Shown: positions 37,028 through 45,753 of the stretch, piece by piece
How the letters are laid out: every line of letters starts with the position of its first letter
Numbering within the stretch: the first letter of the stretch is position 1
DNA from: an uncultured Kiritimatiellota bacterium
Lineage (GTDB): Bacteria > Verrucomicrobiota > Kiritimatiellia > RFP12 > DVOR01
Assembly (NCBI GenBank): GCA_944389565.1
Contig: CALXMV010000004.1
Coordinates: 11,859-75,858, forward strand
Direction: 5' to 3'
DNA length: 64,000 nt
Program-made: the position numbers and the translations under genes
The notes under the pieces: model-generated
What the model was told of the DNA's origin: nothing
Databases searched by the model: none
The model's input: only the letters and a program-made list of their open reading frames with translations

Positions 37028-40000
37028 TCAGGAGGCGCGGAGGGTCTCCCAGGCGGCGCGGAAATAGTCGAGGAGCCTCGCGCGGCGACGGGCGATGGCC
37101 TCCTCGGAGAAGGCGGCCGGCAACCCGGCGTAAAGCGTGTCGCGGATCCGCGTCTCGAGTCTGGAACGGGCGCTCTCGCTGCCCCAGAAGTCCGGCTTGC
37201 CGAACGCCTCGCGCACGGCCCCCAGCAAGCGCCTGGCGACCTTCTTGACCGCCGCCACATCCTCGGCGGAGAGGGTCTCCCCGCTGCGGAGCAGGTCGTA
37301 GACGGCCAGCTCCTCCTCGGACCCGAAACCCTCGCGGAGATAGCGGTCCTGCTCCTCGGTGAGGCGTTCGGAGAGCCCCAGCAGCTCCAGGAAGAGACGC
37401 TCGGCGGCCTCGGGGTCCTGGCCGGCGTTGTAGGCCGCGGCGATCGCCTCGTAAGCCTGGAGGAAGTCGGTGCGGCAGGGGTTCCTGGCGGCGAGCGCGA
37501 CCACCTGCGCCCTGACGCGGTCCAGGAGCTCCCCCAGCATCAGCCGCTTGTGGGCGCTTCGATGAAAGGCCTCCCCCAAGCGGGCGAAGTCGATGCCCGA
37601 GAGGTCGATCGGCTCGCCGACGGCGGGGGTCTCGCCCTGCTCGATGCGGACGTATCCGTCGACGATGCCCTGGATGGCGGCGGAGAGGCTCGTGACGTCG
37701 ACGCTTCGGCGGCGTTTGGCGAAAAAGGCGGCGACGGCGCGGTGGGCCTCCTGCGCGGCGGCCTCCCGGTCCGTCAGGCGGGCCCGCCCGACGAGCGCGG
37801 CGGTGCGGTCGAGGGCGCGCACGGCGGCCAGGTAGGCGGCCCTGCCCTCGGCGGTCCGGCTGACGGCCTCGGCGGCGTCGGCCAAGGCCAGCAGACGCTC
37901 CGAGGCCGTCAGGTCCCCGAGGAGCCGCCCCAACCGATCCGCCCCCAGGCGCCGCGTGGCCTCGGCCAGCGCCTCGCGGAAACGCGCCAGGAGCGCATCC
38001 AGATCCTGGAAGGGATCCCGCCCCGCCGCGCCCTCGGCGTGCGTGTAATCGGCCAACGCCCGGCGCAGGGCCTCGACGATGCCGACGTAATCCACCACCA
38101 GGCCGCCGACCTTCCCCGTGTCCACGCGGTTCACGCGGGCGACGGCCTGCATCAGGGTGTGGGCCCTGAGGGGCTTGTCGAGATAGAGGCAGCCGAGCGA
38201 TTTCACGTCGAAGCCCGTCAGCCACATGGCGCAGACGAAGACCAGGCGCAGCGGGTCGTCGCGGTCCTTGAACCGCCTGTCCAGCCGCTCCCGCTCCATG
38301 CGCTCCCGGTGCGGGCGGATGTCCAGCCCATGCTTTCGGAAGACGGTCTCCTCACCCTGCTCCTTGCTCACCACCACGGCCATCTCGGTGGCCTCCATCC
38401 AGGCGCGCTTTTCGGGGTCCGCCTCCGCCGCCGTCAGCCGCCCCCACGCCTCGCGCACGTAACCGTGCAGTTTCACGCAGGCCAGCTTGTCCAGGCAGAC
38501 GGCCATCGCCTTGCCGCACCGCCACCGCGCCGCGAAGTGGGCCGCCAGATCCTCCGCGATGGCCCGCAGGCGCGCCTCCGCCGTCAGCACATAATACGCC
38601 TTCCGGAAACGCCGCTCCAGCTTCTCGCGCTGCTCCTCCTCGGGCACGGTCTCGTCGATGGCCTCGGCGATCTCGAGGTTCAGCCGCTCATCGTGCTCCA
38701 CGCGCAGGGCCTTCCCGCGCGGCTCGTAATAGAGCGGCAGCGTGGCGCCATCCTCCACCGCCCGCTGAAAGTCGTAGATCGAGACGTAGTCGCCGAAGGT
38801 CCGGCGCGTCAGCTGGTCCTCCCCCAGCAGCGGCGTCCCCGTGAAGCCCAAGCGCGCGGCCCCCGGCAGCGCCTCCGCCAGATTCGCCGCGCAGACGCCA
38901 TACTGCGAGCGGTGCGCCTCGTCCGAGAAGAGCACCACCTCCCCGCTCCCCGGCACCGGCGCATGGCGCCCCCGGAACTTCTGGATCAGCGCGAAGACCA
39001 CCTTCACCCCCGCCTCCAGCTTCGCGTAGAGGTCGGCCTCGCTCGTCGCCAGGGCCTGTGCCCGCCCGCACACCCCGCACTGCTCGAAGGTCGCGCTCAG
39101 CTGCTCCTGCAGCTCCTCGCGGTCCACCAGCACCAGGAAGGTCGGCGCGCCGCCCACCTTGCGCAGGATCTTCCGCGCCAGGAAGGCCATCGAGTAACTC
39201 TTCCCGCTCCCCTGCGTGTGCCAGAAGACACCCAGCCTCCCGCCCAGCGCGTCCCGCCGCCGATACGCCTCGAACGCCCGGTTCACCCCCAACGCCTGAT
39301 GGTTCCGCGCCACGATCTTCACGAGCCCCGCCGGGGTCCGCTCGAACAGGATGAAGTTCTCGAAGAGGTCCATGAGGCGCCCCCTCCCGAGCATCCCCTC
39401 CGCCAGGCGCGTGAGCGCCGTCGACCCCGCCGCGTCCCCCTCCTCCAGGCGCTTCCACTCATGGAAGAAGGCATAATCCGCCCCCAACGCCCCCACCCGG
39501 CTCTGCGCCCCGTTCGAGAAGACCACGAAGCCATTGTGCGCGAAGAGCCCCGGCACCTCCCGCAGGTAATCCTGGTAATTCCTGTCGAAGGCCTCCCGCA
39601 GATCCACCCCCGGCGCCTTCAGCTCCACGAAAAGCAAGGGCAACCCGTTCACGAACCCCACCACGTCCGCCCGCCGCCGGAACGCCCCCGCCCGCAACCG
39701 GCACTCGCACACCGCCACGAAACGGTTCCCCTCCGGCCTCTCGAAGTCGAAGACCCGCGCCCGCCGCGTCTCCTCCATCCCCGTCCTCGCGTCCCGCCAC
39801 GTCACCGGCACCCCCTCCCGCGCCCATTCGTAACGCGCCGCGTTCGCCGCCAACAGCCCCTCAGGCCCGATCGGCGCCGTCAGCCTGCCCACCACCTGCG
39901 CCAAAAGCGCCCCCGACAGCCACGGGTTCAGCCCCCGCAACGCCGCCTCCAAGGGCCCCCGCAAAAACATCTCCTCCTCCGACGCCCGCCCCAACGCCGC

Positions 40001-40102
40001 CAACGCCCCCGCGTCCCCGCCGTCCGCCACCTCCCACCCCAGCCCCGCCAACTGCTCCCGCAACGCCCCCTGCACCAACGCATTCTCGCTGTACACATTC
40101 AT
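37028..40102 (-). CDS. hsdR: type I restriction enzyme R subunit
   Basis: 1024 aa with helicase motifs (HTQGSGKS, DEAH) and a C-terminal HsdR domain. Confidence 0.85.
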   Translation of the reverse strand: MNVYSENALVQGALREQLAGLGWEVADGGDAGALAALGRASEEEMFLRGPLEAALRGLNPWLSGALLAQVVGRLTAPIGPEGLLAANAARYEWAREGVPVTWRDARTGMEETRRARVFDFERPEGNRFVAVCECRLRAGAFRRRADVVGFVNGLPLLFVELKAPGVDLREAFDRNYQDYLREVPGLFAHNGFVVFSNGAQSRVGALGADYAFFHEWKRLEEGDAAGSTALTRLAEGMLGRGRLMDLFENFILFERTPAGLVKIVARNHQALGVNRAFEAYRRRDALGGRLGVFWHTQGSGKSYSMAFLARKILRKVGGAPTFLVLVDREELQEQLSATFEQCGVCGRAQALATSEADLYAKLEAGVKVVFALIQKFRGRHAPVPGSGEVVLFSDEAHRSQYGVCAANLAEALPGAARLGFTGTPLLGEDQLTRRTFGDYVSIYDFQRAVEDGATLPLYYEPRGKALRVEHDERLNLEIAEAIDETVPEEEQREKLERRFRKAYYVLTAEARLRAIAEDLAAHFAARWRCGKAMAVCLDKLACVKLHGYVREAWGRLTAAEADPEKRAWMEATEMAVVVSKEQGEETVFRKHGLDIRPHRERMERERLDRRFKDRDDPLRLVFVCAMWLTGFDVKSLGCLYLDKPLRAHTLMQAVARVNRVDTGKVGGLVVDYVGIVEALRRALADYTHAEGAAGRDPFQDLDALLARFREALAEATRRLGADRLGRLLGDLTASERLLALADAAEAVSRTAEGRAAYLAAVRALDRTAALVGRARLTDREAAAQEAHRAVAAFFAKRRRSVDVTSLSAAIQGIVDGYVRIEQGETPAVGEPIDLSGIDFARLGEAFHRSAHKRLMLGELLDRVRAQVVALAARNPCRTDFLQAYEAIAAAYNAGQDPEAAERLFLELLGLSERLTEEQDRYLREGFGSEEELAVYDLLRSGETLSAEDVAAVKKVARRLLGAVREAFGKPDFWGSESARSRLETRIRDTLYAGLPAAFSEEAIARRRARLLDYFRAAWETLRAS

Positions 40103-40103
40103 C

Positions 40104-41180
40104 TCACGCCTCCTCTCTCAGCAGCCGCGGCAACAACCCATCCCGCCCCTCACGCAACAACGCGTTCTCACGCGACAGCACCCCCACCGCCTCAAAATAG
40201 GGCACTACCTGCGCCTCGAAAGCCTGTGCCGCATCCATGTCGAAACGCCCTTCCAACGCATTCAGGTCGGACGTATACACATGAGGTTGCGCCGCCCCGC
40301 GCTTAAGATTTTCCACCATCCCGCGATTGGCCTTCAGAAAACAATAAACGAAGAACAGCGGCACCCCCATCGCCCCATCCAGATAGGAACAATCCGAGGC
40401 CCAGACATCCTCGTAATAAAGCCGGGTAAATCCCGCGGTCCCGGATGCCGAAACCGTCAGGACGGGGGCCTTCGTGTTGGCACTGTCATGATAATAAGCA
40501 GGCTCCGTCCCCCCAGCGACGACCGGAATCGCCCCAGAACGTGCTTGTGTCCCAGTGATCGTCTTCCCTTTGCGAAACTCCGCCACCTCGCCGAGCGGGC
40601 GGAGGGGCCACGCCGGGTCGGCGTGGGTGACGAAGCGGTCGCGCCACAGCCGATGCGCCGCCTCCTCCAAAAGCGCCATCCGCCGCTCGTTCACCGCAAT
40701 CAGATCGTCATACGCCCCCAACACCCCCGCAATCCGCTCCTGCTCCGCAAGCGGGGGAAGGGAGAACTCAAACTGTATTGTATGCTTTCGATTACCACGT
40801 GGCATTTTAGCGCCCGTAGCACCAGCCATCACATGGGCAAAGAAGTCGTCGGAGGCCAATCTATAATAAAGGAAAAGGGGAAACATTCCTTCTTTATCCT
40901 TAACCCGAAAAACCATCACATCCGCCGAGGCCCCACCGCTTCCCATCCCTCTCCAAATTTTCTTGAAGTAAGGGCGAATGTTAGAAACAAGCACATCCCC
41001 TTCTTGCCAAGCCACGACATTCCCGAACTGCGGCAACGTATCTGCCATGACATGTCCACCGCGATTGGGCAATAGATTTTCCGTGGAGATATAATTTTCA
41101 GCGGTCAATGAGTCCGCTGCACAACGCGCATTCACATATTCCGCCACGTCGCCCAGCTTGCAGGTTTTCCAAGTGCTCAT
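40104..41180 (-). CDS. hsdS: type I restriction-modification specificity subunit
   Basis: 358 aa with two target-recognition domains separated by a conserved central repeat. Confidence 0.8.
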   Translation of the reverse strand: MSTWKTCKLGDVAEYVNARCAADSLTAENYISTENLLPNRGGHVMADTLPQFGNVVAWQEGDVLVSNIRPYFKKIWRGMGSGGASADVMVFRVKDKEGMFPLFLYYRLASDDFFAHVMAGATGAKMPRGNRKHTIQFEFSLPPLAEQERIAGVLGAYDDLIAVNERRMALLEEAAHRLWRDRFVTHADPAWPLRPLGEVAEFRKGKTITGTQARSGAIPVVAGGTEPAYYHDSANTKAPVLTVSASGTAGFTRLYYEDVWASDCSYLDGAMGVPLFFVYCFLKANRGMVENLKRGAAQPHVYTSDLNALEGRFDMDAAQAFEAQVVPYFEAVGVLSRENALLREGRDGLLPRLLREEA

Positions 41181-41204
41181 AATCGCGATTCCTTTCCGTG
41201 GTGG

Positions 41205-41417
41205 CGCGGGGGCACGCTGGGCCCCCTAGGCCTACTGGGCCTTCTGGGCCCACTGGGAACGCCCGACAAGCGGGCGACGGGGTGACCGCCATACAGGGCA
41301 AAAGGTGCGTTTTCGGGCATGGCGGCGAAGCTCTCATGCGTGAGCCCCGCCCGTCGCCCCGTAAGGGGCGCTCCCAGTGGGCCCAGTGGGCCTAGTTGTC
41401 CCAGTGGGCCCAGAGGC
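41205..41417. repeat. MITE-like structured element with terminal inverted repeats built from tandem GGCCCACTGGG / CCCAGTGGGCC 11-mers
   Basis: Left arm ...cctactgggccttctgggcccactgggaacg. Right arm cgctcccagtgggcccagtgggcctagttgtcccagtgggccc. Two internal tetraloop hairpins (gcccg-acaa-cgggc and gcccc-gtaa-ggggc). The element sits in the 237-bp gap between hsdM and hsdS. Confidence 0.5.
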
Positions 41418-43298
41418 TCAGGCGTTCGCATCGCCATCCCCCTTCCGCGCCGTCGCCTCGCGCAAGGTCTCGGCGTTTTTCAGGATGGTCGCCATGAGCC
41501 CCTCGGCCTTTGCCGAGAGCGTGGCGAGCTCAGCGTGGATCTCTGCCATGCGTTGGGCGAAGACGGCCTCGTCCTCGGGCGGGGCCTCGGGGATGCCGAC
41601 GTAGACGCCAGGGGTGAAGGAGTGGTTTTTGGCGGCGATCTCGGCGCGGGAGGCGGCCTTGCAGAGGCCGGGGATATCGCGGTAGGCGCCCTCGCCCTCG
41701 CCGAACTTCTCGGTGAGCCAGAGCGCCTGGGTGGCGGCCTCGGCCTTGGCCTTGGCCTCGGCTTCGCGGCGGGCCCAGAAGGCTTTGGCCTCGGCAAGGG
41801 CATTGCGCGGCTTTTTCTTTTGGGCCTTGAGGGCGGCCAGGTCGGCCTCGGCGGCGGCGCGGGTTTGGGCGAGGGCGGCCTCGGCGGCGGCCTGGGCCTG
41901 GGGGAAGGGGACGGATTCGTCGATGCCGATGGCGGCGCGGTAATCGGCGAGGAGGCGGGCGTAATCGTCGGTGCGGCCACGATAGAGGCGGACGATGGCG
42001 GCGAGGTTGCGCAGTTGCCACGGCGACCATTCGTTCACCTTGCGGGAAACGGGGGTGTAGACCTCGCGGGCGTCGAGGAAGAGGACGGTGTCGCGGAGTG
42101 GCTCGGGTTTGCCCTTGTCGAAGAACCAGAGGGTGCAGGGGAGGCTCTTGGTGTAGAAGAAGTTGTTGCCCACGCTGACGATGACGTCCACGTGGCCGGT
42201 GGCGAGGAGGCGTTCGCGGATGGCGCAGTCCTCGCCCTTGGCGTCGCTGTCGGTGGCGGAGGCGGGCATGACGAAGCCAGCGCGGCCGGTGGCGTTGAGA
42301 TGGGCGTAGAAGTAGGAGACCCACAGGTAGTTGGCGTTGGAGAAGGCCCCCTTTTTGTTGATTTTGGGCAGGCCGAAGGGGAGGCGGCCGGCGGTGACGG
42401 CGGATTCCACGCTCACGGCGTCGACGTTGAAGGGCGGGTTGGCCATCACCGTGTCGCACCGGCCCTCCAGGCTGAAATGGTCGTGATAGAAGGAATTGGC
42501 CGCGTCGCCGGAGACGATGTGGGCCTCAAGTCCATGGACGGCCATGTTCATGAGGCAGAGGCGGGCGTTGTACTCCACCTTCTCCTGGCCGTAGAAGGTG
42601 GCCGTGAGGTTCGGGTTGTCGGTCCGCCCCGCCGTGCGGATGAAGTCGCCGGACTGGATGAACATGCCACCGCTGCCGCACGCGGGGTCGAAAATCACGC
42701 CGCCGTGCGGCTCCACCACCTCCACGATCAGCTTCACCAGGCATTTGGGCGTGAAGAAGACCCCATCGTCCGCCGAGGCCGACGGGGCGAACTTCTGCAG
42801 GAAATACTCATAGATGCGCCCGAAGACGTCCCCGCCGATGGTGTCGAGCACGGGCTCGTTGAAGGCGCGCACCAGGTCGAGCAGGGTCTTCTTGGGCAGC
42901 TCGCCGTATTGCTTGGGGAGGACGCCCCGCAGCATCGGCCGCTCCGCCTCGATGGCGGCCATGGCAGCGTTCAGCGCCTCGGCCAGATCCTCCCCCTCGG
43001 GCAAATCGGCCAGCCGGTCGTACCGCGCGGCCTCGGGCAGCCAGAGCACGCCCTGCGCCTCGTAGTCCGCCTTCTCGATGGGGATCCGCCGCCCGTTGGG
43101 CAGGGTCCGCTCGCGCTCCAACGCCGCCGTCGCGCCCCGGAAGCGCCCCCACGCGTAGCGCAGGAAAATCAGCCCCATCACCGGCATGCAATATTGGTTC
43201 GACGTCAGCTTCGAGTTCGAGCGCAAGGTATCCGCCGACTCCCAGAGCTTCGCCTCCAGCGCCGCCAGCCTCGCGTTCCAATCCGTGGTCTCCGCCAT
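41418..43298 (-). CDS. hsdM: type I restriction-modification DNA methyltransferase subunit
   Basis: 626 aa with N6-adenine MTase motifs (DPACGSGGMF, NPPF) and a long C-terminal coiled-coil extension. Confidence 0.85.
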   Translation of the reverse strand: MAETTDWNARLAALEAKLWESADTLRSNSKLTSNQYCMPVMGLIFLRYAWGRFRGATAALERERTLPNGRRIPIEKADYEAQGVLWLPEAARYDRLADLPEGEDLAEALNAAMAAIEAERPMLRGVLPKQYGELPKKTLLDLVRAFNEPVLDTIGGDVFGRIYEYFLQKFAPSASADDGVFFTPKCLVKLIVEVVEPHGGVIFDPACGSGGMFIQSGDFIRTAGRTDNPNLTATFYGQEKVEYNARLCLMNMAVHGLEAHIVSGDAANSFYHDHFSLEGRCDTVMANPPFNVDAVSVESAVTAGRLPFGLPKINKKGAFSNANYLWVSYFYAHLNATGRAGFVMPASATDSDAKGEDCAIRERLLATGHVDVIVSVGNNFFYTKSLPCTLWFFDKGKPEPLRDTVLFLDAREVYTPVSRKVNEWSPWQLRNLAAIVRLYRGRTDDYARLLADYRAAIGIDESVPFPQAQAAAEAALAQTRAAAEADLAALKAQKKKPRNALAEAKAFWARREAEAKAKAEAATQALWLTEKFGEGEGAYRDIPGLCKAASRAEIAAKNHSFTPGVYVGIPEAPPEDEAVFAQRMAEIHAELATLSAKAEGLMATILKNAETLREATARKGDGDANA

Positions 43299-43535
43299 AA
43301 AAAACGCACCTTCCTTCACGTGTCCAGCAGAGGCCTTAGGAAACCCATCAACGACACATGAAAGGAAGGTGCGCCGAGACGGCGCACCTTGCCAAACACG
43401 TTGCCGTTGATAGAAAGGTCCTAAGTTTCTGCTGGGCAACCTGTTTGCGCAAAGCGCAATACTCCCGCCACGGCTCTCCCGTGGCGTGCGCATAGGATAG
43501 CAAAACCCATCCCCCCTTGCCAAATCCCCCCACAA

Positions 43536-43640
43536 CCCTCCCGACTTCCGACCCCAACCCCTTAGGGTTTCGGGTCAGACCCCTTAGGGTTTCGCCCCCG
43601 CCCCCTTAGGGTCTCGGGTCGTGGGTCGGGAGGGTGCGCG
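43536..43640. repeat. REP-like intergenic repeat, locus C (three CCCTTAGGG units flanked by inverted CCCTCCCGAC/GTCGGGAGGG)
   Basis: ccctcccgacttccgaccccaaccccttagggtttcgggtcagaccccttagggtttcgcccccgcccccttagggtctcgggtcgtgggtcgggagggtg. Confidence 0.6.
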
Positions 43641-43674
43641 CCCCCGGGCGCCCGATTTGCTATACTCCAAGCGT

Positions 43675-45753
43675 ATGCGATTGGTGTATTGGACGATTTT
43701 CCCGAACGGCCACCAGCGGGCGTGGATCGACGCGCTCCGCGCGGCGGGGCATGACGTGGAGGTGTGCTACTTCGGCCATTACGACGCCTACCGCACGGCG
43801 TTGGGCTGGGTGGAGCCGGAGGCGCTGCCCCCGCAGGAGCGGCGGGCGCGGAGCCTGGCGGAGGCGCGGGCGGCGATTCCCGATTACGACGCGCGCCTGA
43901 TCGTGCTCACCGGTTACGCCGAGCGGGTCTATTGGGAGCACGTGCGCCACTGCGAGCGAAACGGCGTGCGGTGGTGCCTGGTCGCGGAGAAGAGCCAGGG
44001 GCGGGCGCGGTCGTGGCCGTTGCGCCGGGCCTTCGCGCGGCACGTGAACCGTTCGGCCTGGCGGGCCTTCGGCCTGGGGCCGGAGGCGGTGGACGATCTG
44101 GTGCGCGGCTGGGGCGTGCGGCGGGAATTGGTCTCGGAGCTGGCCTACGCCACGCCGGGCGCGTGCGTCACGCCGCGGCCGCACGCGGGTTTCCGCTTCG
44201 TCTTCGCGGGCGCCCTCACGTGGCGCAAGGCGGTGGACGTCCTGGCGCGGGCGTGGGCGGCCTACGCGCCGAGGCACCCCGAGGCGACGCTGCGGGTGAT
44301 CGGCGAGGGGCCGCTCGGACACGTCCTCGACGGCCTGCCGCGGGTCGAGCGCGTCGGCGTCCTCCCCCCGGAGCGCATCGCCGGGGCGCTCGCCGATTGC
44401 GACTGCGGGATCCTGCCGAGCCGTTTCGACGGATGGGGCATGGCCTTGGCGGAGTATGCCCGCGCGGGCCTGACGCTCCTCGCCACGCAGACCTGCGGCG
44501 CGGCCGAACCCCTCATCCGCCCCGGGCGCAACGGCCTCATCCTCGCCCCCGGCGACGCGGCGGCCCTGGAACAGGCGATGGAGGACGCCCCCGCGCTCCG
44601 CCCCGACGCCGCCCCGCTCCTGGAGGCGACCGCGCCGGCGGCGTGCGCGGCGCGTTTCGCGGAGGCGCGGCCCGCGACCCCGCCGCGCCACCACCTGCAC
44701 GTGGTGGCGGGGTGCTGGGCGAATGGCGGCGGCCTCTCGGAACTCGTGGCGGCGATCGCCCTGGAGCAGGCGCGGCAGGGGCTGCGCGTGTCGCTCGCCT
44801 TCCTGGGGGGGCAGGCGGAGCACCCGCTCGTGCGCGAATGCCGCCGCGCGGGGGTGACGGTGTGGGTCTTCCCCCGGAGCCGCCCCCACGCCCTCTATTT
44901 CTCCCGGGCGATGGCACGGGCCCTGCCGCGCCTGGTGCGGCGGGCGACCTTCGTGCACATCCACTGCTGCTGGACCTTCCCCGTGTGGGCGGCGGCGGCC
45001 TTGGCGCGGCATTTCCGCGTGCCCTACGCCCTCTCGCCCCATGGCAGCCTCGACCCCGTGCGGCGGGCCTACGGCCGCCTCCGCAAGGCGCTCGCGTGGC
45101 GGTGTTTCGACCGACGCGCCCTGGCGGGGGCCGCCTGGCTCCATGCCACCGCCGAGACGGAGGCCGGCTGGCTGCGCGACGCGCTGGGGGCGCGGTGCCC
45201 GCCGATCCGCGTGATCCCCAACGGCGTGGACGCCGCGACGCTCGACGCCGTGCCGCCGCAACCGCGCGGGAAGGCCTTCCTCTTCCTGGGGCGCCTACAC
45301 CCGCTCAAGGGGCTCGACCTCTTGGACGAGGCCTGGGCGCGGAGCGGCCTGGCCGCCGAGGGCTGGCGGCTCGTCGTCGCCGGCCCGCCCGACGGCGCGG
45401 CCGCGCCCGCGGGCCCGGGGGTGGAGGTCGTGGGGCCGCTCCACGGCGCGGCCAAGGCCCGTGCGCTGAAGGCCGCCGCCTGCCTGGTGCTCCCCACGCG
45501 CTCGGAGAACTTCGCGATCGTGGTGGCCGAGGCGCTCTGGTGCCGCACGCCCGTCATCTGCACGCGCGGGGCGCCGTGGCCGGAGCTGGGCGACTTCTGG
45601 GTGGGGGTCTCGGCCGAGGCGCTCGCCGACGCCCTGCGGCGGTTCGCCGCGATGCCCCCGGCCGCGCGCGAGGCCCGCTTCGCGCCGCTCTTCGCGATGG
45701 CGCGGGAACGGTTCGCCTGGCCGGGGATCGCGGCGCGGTTAGCGGAGGCGTAA
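43675..45753 (+). CDS. tandem-domain glycosyltransferase (two GT4/GT1-type domains)
   Basis: 692 aa containing two RfaG-like domains. The 3' end converges on and overlaps the P-type ATPase gene by 15 nt. Confidence 0.65.
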   Translation: MRLVYWTIFPNGHQRAWIDALRAAGHDVEVCYFGHYDAYRTALGWVEPEALPPQERRARSLAEARAAIPDYDARLIVLTGYAERVYWEHVRHCERNGVRWCLVAEKSQGRARSWPLRRAFARHVNRSAWRAFGLGPEAVDDLVRGWGVRRELVSELAYATPGACVTPRPHAGFRFVFAGALTWRKAVDVLARAWAAYAPRHPEATLRVIGEGPLGHVLDGLPRVERVGVLPPERIAGALADCDCGILPSRFDGWGMALAEYARAGLTLLATQTCGAAEPLIRPGRNGLILAPGDAAALEQAMEDAPALRPDAAPLLEATAPAACAARFAEARPATPPRHHLHVVAGCWANGGGLSELVAAIALEQARQGLRVSLAFLGGQAEHPLVRECRRAGVTVWVFPRSRPHALYFSRAMARALPRLVRRATFVHIHCCWTFPVWAAAALARHFRVPYALSPHGSLDPVRRAYGRLRKALAWRCFDRRALAGAAWLHATAETEAGWLRDALGARCPPIRVIPNGVDAATLDAVPPQPRGKAFLFLGRLHPLKGLDLLDEAWARSGLAAEGWRLVVAGPPDGAAAPAGPGVEVVGPLHGAAKARALKAAACLVLPTRSENFAIVVAEALWCRTPVICTRGAPWPELGDFWVGVSAEALADALRRFAAMPPAAREARFAPLFAMARERFAWPGIAARLAEA

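Noticed and set aside
37550-40306. 918-aa plus-strand ORF
   Set aside because: Antisense to hsdR. Pro/Arg/His/Gln-rich low complexity.
41177-41437. 86-aa ORF with GPLG-repeat 'collagen-like' segment, and the 65-aa ORF on the opposite strand
   Set aside because: The Gly-Pro-Leu-Gly repeats are simply the translation of the 11-mer DNA repeats of the MITE-like element. There is no RBS or sensible start. I interpret it as non-coding structure.
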